Part shown: in pieces, positions 19,150 through 26,155 of the stretch
How positions within the stretch are numbered: the stretch's first letter is position 1
Layout of the letters: the number at the start of each line of letters is the position of its first letter
From: Anaerolineae bacterium
GTDB lineage: Bacteria > Chloroflexota > Anaerolineae > B4-G1
Direction of reading: 5' to 3'
Length of the DNA: 64,000 bases
Assembly: GCA_046760785.1 (NCBI GenBank)
Contig: JBHIET010000003.1
Coordinates: 451 to 64,450, forward strand
Made by a program: the position numbers and the translations under genes
Notes under the pieces: generated by a model
The model's input: only the letters and a program-made list of their open reading frames with translations
The model's database searches: none
What the model was told of the DNA's origin: nothing

Positions 19150-19782
19150 CTACCCTATTGGCTCCTTGTAGATGGCGAACGTGCAGGTCTCCCCGCCCAC
19201 AGCTACACACTCGACCTCCTCCACCCGGAACTTGAGCCCACCGCTGACCCAGTGTAGCGCTTCCTCCAGTAGCCCTTTGGCCGCGAAGCAGATTGGCCGG
19301 TCGGCCGTGCGGCCCCAGCAAACTGGACATAGGTGTATAATATAGACGTAATGGTCACCACGGTCCTCGACGGTGCTCTTCTGGTCACTGAACTGGCTGA
19401 AGACCTTCGCCATCGCCGGGAGGCCGGCCTTGAGCTTGGCGCCCAGTGGCAGCACCTTAAAAGCCAAGTCGCTGACCCCGACCATGGCGCCCATCTTCTG
19501 CCCGCCTCGGGCAAAGCCAACCCGTCCGGCCCGCAACTGGAGCCCGCGCCCCCCGCGCGCCCCATACATCTCCTCCAGCGCCCCCATCAGAGCCGAGAAG
19601 TCCGCAAAGTCGAACTCCTTTTTCAAGTTAGCAGGCGGGTAATTGTCAATCAGATGTGATAGACCAGCCAGGTTGAGGATGGCATTTAGGCCGTTTCTTC
19701 CCATGACTTCTTCCATCGCTTCGAGGGTGAAGCGAACAATCATATTGGTGTAGTAATAACCACTTGGTTCAATCCGCGCCAC
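19150..19782 (-). CDS. V4R (4-vinyl reductase) domain protein
   Basis: C-terminal CPVCWG…C…GLLEEAL…VEEVECVAVGGETCTF pattern is typical of V4R/hydrocarbon-binding domains. GTG start with AGGAGG upstream. Confidence 0.75.
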   Translation of the reverse strand: MARIEPSGYYYTNMIVRFTLEAMEEVMGRNGLNAILNLAGLSHLIDNYPPANLKKEFDFADFSALMGALEEMYGARGGRGLQLRAGRVGFARGGQKMGAMVGVSDLAFKVLPLGAKLKAGLPAMAKVFSQFSDQKSTVEDRGDHYVYIIHLCPVCWGRTADRPICFAAKGLLEEALHWVSGGLKFRVEEVECVAVGGETCTFAIYKEPIG

Positions 19783-19814
19783 TTTATGGCCTCCTTCTGG
19801 TGTTTCGTCTACTA

Positions 19815-20195
19815 CTAGGCTTCCAGAATGTCAGCCAGGTCTTCGGACGCACGGCGCATATCCAGAAAGAGCAGGCCCAGCTTGGTCTGTTGACGGGCCA
19901 GCACGGTCAAGACAGCCTCCTCACCAACGGCACGAAGAACGACATAGCCGTTCTCTCCCTTCACGTACACCTCGTCCAATATGCCGCGTCCCAACTCGCC
20001 AGCAATGCGCTCACCCAAAGAAAGCATTGCGGCGGACATTGCGGCGACCCGATCCTCTTCCACGCCCGTTGGGAGAGAAGAGGCCATCGTGAGTCCATCT
20101 ACGCTCACGACAGACGTAGCCTCTACATCTGGCGTGTTCATCTGCAGCTCCTGTAGCCGCCTTACCAGTCGCTCAGTTCGGGACCTCTCTGCCAT
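19815..20195 (-). CDS. Roadblock/LC7 (MglB-like) domain protein
   Basis: 126 aa from the ATG at 20195 (GGGAGG upstream). …TPDVEATSVVSVDGLTMASSLP…VAAMSAAMLSLGERIA… matches the Robl/LC7 pattern. Confidence 0.8.
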   Translation of the reverse strand: MAERSRTERLVRRLQELQMNTPDVEATSVVSVDGLTMASSLPTGVEEDRVAAMSAAMLSLGERIAGELGRGILDEVYVKGENGYVVLRAVGEEAVLTVLARQQTKLGLLFLDMRRASEDLADILEA

Positions 20196-20248
20196 TACTG
20201 CCTCCCTGATGTTTCCTTGGTGCTGATGCCTTGAGTCGCATGGGTGTG

Positions 20249-20277
20249 AGACTACCACATGTAGCACAGATTGTCAA
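20249..20277 (-). promoter_or_regulatory. promoter-like motif TTGACA-17-TAGTCT for the Roadblock operon
   Basis: -35 at 20272-20277, -10 at 20249-20254, about 50 nt upstream of the ATG at 20195. Confidence 0.4.
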
Positions 20278-20440
20278 GCGAACGGCGTTATTTTACGGCG
20301 ATTTGGCAAAAAGGGCAAACCCGTGCATGAGCAAGATCCCGAAGCAGAGCAACTGTGCGTGCGCACCAGCCACGGTTTGCCCGTTCACCCGCAACCACCA
20401 TTGTGGGGGCATCCCAGGCAAGGCGATGCTTACAAAGGGC

Positions 20441-20469
20441 TTGCCTTTCGATGTGCCTGCTGGTACAAT
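20441..20469 (+). promoter_or_regulatory. promoter-like motif TTGCCT-17-TACAAT (TGg extended -10)
   Basis: Lies upstream of the hypothetical gene at 20566 and the ADH gene. Confidence 0.4.
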
Positions 20470-20565
20470 AACCACAAGAGCGGGCGTCCTTTCTAATCGG
20501 GCTGTGGGCCATGCAAGTTGCATCCCCACGTTGCCCGCCCTGCTCTCAGACGGTCAGGAGGACGT

Positions 20566-20955
20566 ATGAGTACGCCGCTTGTCTCCAGTGAACAACTCGA
20601 GATAATCATTCGCCAGATGCCGCACGGTTTCACGATCCTCGATTTTGCGGATGCCTTTGAGGAGCAATTCCCGCATCTCTGGCGTAGGCTGGTGGAGCGA
20701 TATGGCCTCTACGGGTCTGGCACCCGCTATTCGGCGCTGACTTATCTGAGCAACCGGCTCAGCGCCTACTCCAGGCGGAAGCGGCCGGGGTTGCTGGAAC
20801 CGACGCCGGTGGGATGGAAGCCGGAGGAGGGGCGCTATCTGCGGCGCACCACGGCTCAGGAACGGCAACACTTTGGCAGCCCCTGGATCGTTATTTACCG
20901 CCGGCGACGAACCAAAGAGGACACCGGCGCGACGGAGCGAGCCACGTCAGAATAG
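20566..20955 (+). CDS. hypothetical protein
   Basis: 129 aa from an ATG with AGGAGG upstream. No recognisable motif. Basic C-terminus. Confidence 0.5.
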   Translation: MSTPLVSSEQLEIIIRQMPHGFTILDFADAFEEQFPHLWRRLVERYGLYGSGTRYSALTYLSNRLSAYSRRKRPGLLEPTPVGWKPEEGRYLRRTTAQERQHFGSPWIVIYRRRRTKEDTGATERATSE

Positions 20956-20965
20956 GAGATGCTTG

Positions 20966-21979
20966 ATGAAGGCGATGCTTCTATGTAAACCCAGACCGGC
21001 CGAAGAACAACCGCTGGAATTAACGGAACTGCCACTGCCGGAACCCGGCCCCGGTGAGATTCGCCTGGCCGTGCGGGCCTGCGGGGTCTGCCGCACCGAT
21101 CTGCACACGGTGGAGGGCGACCTGGAGTTGCCTAAACTGCCGCTGGTTCCGGGCCACCAGATCGTGGGCCTGGTGGCAGCGCAGGGAGTGGGTGCGACGC
21201 GCTTTGCGGAGGGGCAGCGGGTGGGGGTACCCTGGCTCTACCGCACCTGCGGCGCGTGCGAGTTCTGCCGGCGGGGGCTGGAGAACCTGTGTGAGAACGC
21301 GCAGTTCACCGGCCTCCACGCCGACGGCGGCTACGCTCAAGGCATGGTCGTCCCCCAGGACTTCGCCTACCCCATCCCAGAGGCTTTCTCCGACGTGCAG
21401 GCCGCGCCGCTTCTCTGCGCCGGCATCATCGGCTACCGGGCACTGCGGCTGAGCGAGGTGCAGCCCGGCCAGCGACTGGGGATGTACGGCTTCGGAGGTT
21501 CGGCCCACGTCACCATCCAGGTGGCCCGCTACCAGGGCTGCCAGGTCTACGTCTTCACCCGCAGCGAGGGTCACCAGCGGTTGGCACGGGAACTGGGCGC
21601 CGTGTGGGTGGGTCGCGCGGAGGACACACCCCCGGCCAGGATGCACTCTAGCATCATCTTCGCCCCGGCGGGCAGGCTCGTGCCGGAGGCGCTGCGGGTG
21701 CTGGAGCGGGGTGGCACGCTGGCGCTGGCCGGGGTGACGATGACCCCCATCCCCGAAATGGACTACGAGCTGCTCTACTGGGAGCGGACGGTGCGCAGCG
21801 TGGCCAACTTTACCCGGCAAGACGCCGAGGAACTGCTACAGGTCGCTGCCGAGATCCCCATCCAGACCACGGTGCAGACCTTCCCTCTGGAGGCAGCCAA
21901 CGAAGCCCTCCTGGCCCTCAAGCGCAGCGAGATTGACGGGACGGGGGTGCTGGTGGTAGAACAACAGATTGCAGGATAG
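20966..21979 (+). CDS. zinc-dependent alcohol dehydrogenase family protein
   Basis: CGVCRTDLH and GHQIVG catalytic-Zn motifs. The structural Zn cluster CGACEFCRRGLENLC is present. ATG at 20966 with AGGAG upstream. Confidence 0.9.
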   Translation: MKAMLLCKPRPAEEQPLELTELPLPEPGPGEIRLAVRACGVCRTDLHTVEGDLELPKLPLVPGHQIVGLVAAQGVGATRFAEGQRVGVPWLYRTCGACEFCRRGLENLCENAQFTGLHADGGYAQGMVVPQDFAYPIPEAFSDVQAAPLLCAGIIGYRALRLSEVQPGQRLGMYGFGGSAHVTIQVARYQGCQVYVFTRSEGHQRLARELGAVWVGRAEDTPPARMHSSIIFAPAGRLVPEALRVLERGGTLALAGVTMTPIPEMDYELLYWERTVRSVANFTRQDAEELLQVAAEIPIQTTVQTFPLEAANEALLALKRSEIDGTGVLVVEQQIAG

Positions 21980-22097
21980 TAACGGAAGCATTTGCCCTGG
22001 TCCGTCAGGGCCAACGAGCCTTTGGAGCAGACAACACCGGCGAAATTGGACACCCACTGCGCGTTTCAAATGCGTGGGAGGTTGTTGAACGGCAGGG

Positions 22098-23108
22098 CTA
22101 CTTTGCCCAGAAGGATGCGCTGGCGTACTTGAATCCGCCGTCGGGAAGCAACGCGACGACGACACCACGCGCCAGTTTCCGGGCCACCCGCAGCGCGGCA
22201 ACCACCGCCGCCCCGGCCGAGATACCCACGAAAAGCCCCTCCTGGCGAGCCAGCCAGCGGGCCATCGCCTGCGCCTCCTCGGTGTTTACCTCGACGATGC
22301 GATCCACGAGACCGGGATTGTAAATGGCCGGGACCTCTGCTGTGGCCAGGTGCTTCAGGCCCGCGATGCCGTGCTGAGCGCTATCGGGCTGCACGCCGAT
22401 CAGTTGGACTGTCGGTGACCGCTCCCGCAGGTAGCGCCCTGTGCCCATCATCGTCCCGCTGGTGCCCAGACCGGCCACAAAGTGGGTGATTTTCCCTTCC
22501 GTCTGTTGCCAGATTTCGGGACCGGTGGTGGTGTAGTGGGCCAGCGGGTTGGCGGGATTGCTGTACTGGTCGGCGTGAAAGTACCGGTCGGGCTCGGCGG
22601 CCACCAGCTCCTGGACCAGGTGGCGCGCCCCATCTATTCCAGCAGCAGGGTCAGTGAGAGTCAGTTGTGCCCCGTAGGCGCGCAGGATCTGTACCCGCTC
22701 TGGGCTGGCGTTGGCGGGCAGCGTCAACTGGACCGGGAAGCCCAGCGCCGCGCCGAGCATAGCGTAGGCGATGCCGGTGTTGCCGGAGGTGGCGTCAATC
22801 AGCGTCTTCCCGGGGGCCAGCGCACTGGTCCGCATTGCCTCCCGGACAATGGAGAGGGCCGCGCGGTCCTTGACCGAGCCACCGGGGTTCAATCCCTCCA
22901 GCTTGGCATAGAGCGCGACCGTGGGGGGCAGCGTGCCGATCACGCGGACCAGTGGCACCAGTGGCGTCCGCCCGACCAGGGATGTGAGGGGTGGGTATGA
23001 ACTGTCGCGTGCGGAAAGCGGGGCCACGGACGCCCGGTCGCGCGGCGGAGAGATGGCGAGAGGCCCCAGGGGGTCAATGCGTTGCGTCCGGTCGTGCGTC
23101 TGTATCAT
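22098..23108 (-). CDS. PLP-dependent cysteine synthase family protein (CysK/CysM-like)
   Basis: PLP-lysine motif NPGGSVKDRAAL, TSGNTG, and a GLGTSGT glycine loop. ATG at 23108 with GGGAGGAG upstream is preferred over the 18-codon longer ORF. Confidence 0.88.
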   Translation of the reverse strand: MIQTHDRTQRIDPLGPLAISPPRDRASVAPLSARDSSYPPLTSLVGRTPLVPLVRVIGTLPPTVALYAKLEGLNPGGSVKDRAALSIVREAMRTSALAPGKTLIDATSGNTGIAYAMLGAALGFPVQLTLPANASPERVQILRAYGAQLTLTDPAAGIDGARHLVQELVAAEPDRYFHADQYSNPANPLAHYTTTGPEIWQQTEGKITHFVAGLGTSGTMMGTGRYLRERSPTVQLIGVQPDSAQHGIAGLKHLATAEVPAIYNPGLVDRIVEVNTEEAQAMARWLARQEGLFVGISAGAAVVAALRVARKLARGVVVALLPDGGFKYASASFWAK

Positions 23109-23151
23109 CGGTTTCTCCTCCCAAAGCATGCGATCTCCAGGCCGGGGATAC

Positions 23152-23180
23152 AAAAAAGCCAACCTCGCTCACCGGCGAGG
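23152..23180 (-). terminator. intrinsic terminator inside the cysteine synthase leader (attenuator candidate)
   Basis: Minus-strand RNA CCUCGC-CGGUGA-GCGAGG followed by UUGGCUUUUUUG, ending about 45 nt before the start codon. Confidence 0.6.
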
Positions 23181-23257
23181 CCCTCGAGGTCCTGCGAGGG
23201 CGCTCCGCCTGACTCGGTTGGCCTGGAAGGAGACGCGCGCGTCCAGAGTCGAGGCGG

Positions 23258-23314
23258 CTAACGCCCTCGCTCCAGACAGACGCAACACAAGTGACGCGCA
23301 ATTACAGCACTCAT
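23258..23314 (-). CDS. candidate Cys-codon leader peptide MSAVIARHLCCVCLERGR
   Basis: Hand-translated 18-codon ORF with UGU UGC GUC UGU. Its last codons overlap the base of a long leader hairpin. Lies upstream of a cysteine synthase gene. Confidence 0.45.
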   Translation of the reverse strand: MSAVIARHLCCVCLERGR

Positions 23315-23325
23315 ACCTGAACGCT

Positions 23326-23353
23326 ATTATCTCACAGTCCGGCAAATCCGCAA
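23326..23353 (-). promoter_or_regulatory. promoter-like motif TTGCGG-16-GATAAT for the cysteine synthase leader
   Basis: -35 at 23348-23353, -10 at 23326-23331. This would leave only a very short 5' UTR before the leader ATG at 23314. Confidence 0.35.
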
Positions 23354-23556
23354 GTTGGATCAAGGGGCGAGACTTGCGGCTGCTAGCTGGCCGGGCAGCG
23401 CAGCGGGGAGCCTAAGCTCAAAGTCCCCATCCCGGGGACGTCACACGCGGTGGATGGCCGCTTTTCCGTACCGTTCTGCGCTCAAGACGCCCCCGAGACG
23501 GTGGCTACGAGCTCGGGAAACGATCTACGCTGCTCAGGCTGAGTAGTAACACCAAA

Positions 23557-24573
23557 TCAACAGATACGCGGGAGTAGCTCTCCCACAGGCATATCCACCA
23601 CGCGCCGGCCGCCGATGGTGGTGCGAGCCAGGACCATCCCTGGATGCTCCTCGGTGACGACGCCGATGCGGGCCGCCTCCTGCCCTTGTGGGTGTGCTTG
23701 CATCGCCTCCAACGCTTGCGCTGCCTCCTGCGGCGGGACAAAGGCCACCAGCTTGCCCTCGTTGGCCACCGTCAGCGGGTCAAAGCCCAGCATCTCGCAG
23801 GCCGCCGCCACCGGGGGGCGCACGGGCACGGCCGCTTCCTCGATCTCGACACCGACCTGCGACGTCTCGGCCAGCTCGTTCAGCGCCGCCGCCAGCCCGC
23901 CCCGGGTGGGGTCGCGCAGGCAGTGGGTGTGCGGGGCGGCTGCCAACAGCGCCTCCACCAGCCCGTTCAGCGGGGCGCTGTCGGAGAGGAGCTCGGTCTC
24001 GAACTCCAGCCCCTCCCGCTGGCTGAGGACGGCGATGCCGTGATCGCCCACCGTGCCGCTCAGGAGCACCACGTCGCCGGGCCGCGCCCGGTCGGGGCCA
24101 ATCTCCACCCCCTCCGGCACCACCCCCACGCCGGCCGTGTTGACGTAGATGCCGTCTCCGTGCCCCTGTTCGACCACCTTCGTGTCGCCTGCCACGACCT
24201 GCACGCCCACTGCACGGGCCGCCTCCGCCATCGAGCGCACCACCCGCTCCAGCAAGTCCATCTCCAGCCCTTCCTCCAGGATGAACCCGGCCGTGAGCCA
24301 CAGGGGATGCGCGCCGCTCATCGCCAGGTCGTTGACCGTGCCGTGGACGGCCAGCGAGCCGATGTCGCCGCCGGGGAAGAAGAGGGGCCGGACGACGAAG
24401 GAGTCGGTGGAGATCGCCAAGTGCTGATCGCCCATCGCTAATCGCAGGACGGTGGAATCGGCCAGTTGGCGCAGGTAGAGATTGTCCAGCGGGGCAGCAA
24501 AGACCTGGCAGATCAGGTCGTTCATCATCTTGCCGCCCGCGCCGTGGGCCATGCGGATGACGTGTTCTTTCAT
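23557..24573 (-). CDS. hypE: hydrogenase maturation protein HypE (carbamoyl dehydratase)
   Basis: 338 aa from the ATG at 24573 (AGGAG upstream). AIR-synthase-like fold motifs are present. The hallmark C-terminal …PRIC ends the protein. Confidence 0.85.
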   Translation of the reverse strand: MKEHVIRMAHGAGGKMMNDLICQVFAAPLDNLYLRQLADSTVLRLAMGDQHLAISTDSFVVRPLFFPGGDIGSLAVHGTVNDLAMSGAHPLWLTAGFILEEGLEMDLLERVVRSMAEAARAVGVQVVAGDTKVVEQGHGDGIYVNTAGVGVVPEGVEIGPDRARPGDVVLLSGTVGDHGIAVLSQREGLEFETELLSDSAPLNGLVEALLAAAPHTHCLRDPTRGGLAAALNELAETSQVGVEIEEAAVPVRPPVAAACEMLGFDPLTVANEGKLVAFVPPQEAAQALEAMQAHPQGQEAARIGVVTEEHPGMVLARTTIGGRRVVDMPVGELLPRIC

Positions 24574-24652
24574 GTAGGTGAGACTCCTGATTCTGCCCGC
24601 CTGGGTGCGGCTGTCGCCGAAGCGGGCGTGGTTGACCCAGCCCCGCACCGAC

Positions 24653-25550
24653 TCAGTGACCCGTTCCAGCGGCAGCGCGCCGCCAGCAGTTAGAATCATT
24701 TCGCTTGATCTGCAACCTTTTGGCCCCAAAGTTGAGCAGGAACCCTACCTTATAGCCAGATGCTTTGAGGTTCGGTGGTTTCAAAACCGTAGAACCACTG
24801 AAGAGGTTGCCGGGATCGAGGCTGAAGCGGTACGCGCAGCGGACGAGTAGGCGATCGTTGATGTAGGAGCCGCCGCGCACCACCGCACGGTTGGGGGCCC
24901 CCCCTCTGGATTGTTCAAGTCGGCCTCATTTCTACCATAATCCCGCTAATTGTCAACCCAGCGCGTGAGGCACCACTCCAAAACGTTGCCGCTCAGGTCC
25001 AGGCAGCCGTAGGGAGAGTCGCCGGCCGGGAAGATACCCACGGCGGAGGTAGTGCCGATGCCGGTCTGGTCATAGTTGGCCCGATCGGGTCGTCCACGTC
25101 CAACTCGCCGGTGGCCGGGTCCACGCCAACGCCGGGGCGGGGGTCCCCCAGCACGGCCAGGGTGCGGGCGGCGGCGGCACATTCGCGGGGGGTCAGTGCT
25201 CCGGTCTGGAGCAGGTCGCCCAATCGCTCTATCACTCGCCTGTCGGCCTCAAGGCGGCCCTGTAAGGCGCGGCGGTAGAGCATGAACAAGTCACCGGCCG
25301 GCCAGGCGGCGCGCCAGTCCTCGGTCATCGGGTGGTCGGGAGGCGGGGCAGGTACCAGCCGGCTCAGGATCGCATCCAGACGTTCAGGGTCAAAGTTTCT
25401 GAAGCACAGGTGCTCACCCAGCAGCATCACTGGTTCGCGCCAGCGGTCGCTGCGGTCCACACGCTCCCGCACCTGACGCGCCGGTTCGCGCAGGCGGCCC
25501 AGGTAGCGCCCGGCCCGGTGGCTCCCTCGCCTTTCGCGGGCTTGATGCAA
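24653..25550 (-). pseudogene. decayed FGE-sulfatase/SUMF1-domain gene (5'-truncated, internally deleted or frameshifted, in-frame TAG) fused to the tail of a GxxExxY-type gene
   Basis: Three ORF fragments. (1) …[23 protein letters not shown]. (2) After a frame change, …[38 protein letters not shown], then TAG at 24946-24948. (3) In the same frame, …VRGGSYINDRLLVRCAYRF…, then …GYKVGFLLNFGAKRLQIKR. Confidence 0.7.
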
Positions 25551-25580
25551 AGCGAGGCCAGCATCTGGTGATGCCAGCCT

Positions 25581-26012
25581 CGCGATTTGTGGTGGAGATG
25601 GCGGGAATCGAACCCGCGTCCGAAGAATTCGACCAGGGACCTCTACAAGCTTAGTCAGCCTTTTACTTCTCGTCCAGGGAGTCGCCGCCGACCGCGCTAC
25701 ACCCGGACCTAGCCGATGGGAGCCGAGACTCCCGCTTGAGCACCCTTATCGGCGTCGGAGCGCCGCACGCCAGCTCTCTGACGCCCGACCCCCGGCCTGC
25801 CGGCGTGAGACCGGGGCGGACGTGACCGTCTGTGCAGTCAGTTTGTCCTTGGGCCGGATTAGGCTGCCATTGGAGCAGCCGCCACCGCGGCCTGAGGAAC
25901 AGGAATCCAAGTGTTGTTGGCACTTTGGAATGTGTGCTCCGTTGTTAACGGGGGCAGAGCACCCCGGCTTGCCATCCGTGGTAAGCCTTCTCCGTCGAAG
26001 CCTGTCATCCCC
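25581..26012 (-). ncRNA. ssrA: tmRNA (transfer-messenger RNA)
   Basis: 5' GGGGAUGACAGGCUUCGACGG. 3' GGACGCGGGUUCGAUUCCCGCCAUCUCCACCA. The acceptor stem carries a G3:U pair. The tag reading frame GCC AAC AAC … GCA GCC UAA (25859-25921) encodes ANNTWIPVPQAAVAAAPMAA. Confidence 0.95.
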
Positions 26013-26080
26013 ACTTTCAGTATCCCCGGGCAGATCGAGCCCGTTACAACATGGCTTGCGGCCCAGGCTTCAACGATTAT

Positions 26081-26108
26081 ATTATAACACGCATTGGCTA
26101 CTTGACAA
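26081..26108 (-). promoter_or_regulatory. promoter-like motif TTGTCA-16-TATAAT upstream of ssrA
   Basis: -35 at 26103-26108, -10 at 26081-26086, about 70 nt upstream of the mature 5' end. This implies 5' processing. Confidence 0.4.
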
Positions 26109-26155
26109 GGCCCGACACCCAAGAGGGGGACTACCTCGCAGATAAAAAGAAGAAA

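Noticed and set aside
23109-23331. SAM (S-box), SAH or T-box element in the cysteine synthase leader
   Set aside because: I could not find the conserved S-box core (GAGGGA…GGCCC…GCAACC), the T-box 14-mer or the SAH consensus. A leader-peptide interpretation fits the sequence better. A covariance-model scan is still needed.
24574-25580. Intact integrative element at the tmRNA 3' end
   Set aside because: There is no integrase or recombinase ORF, and I found no direct repeat of the ssrA 3' end by eye within the following 2.5 kb. Only degraded fragments are present.
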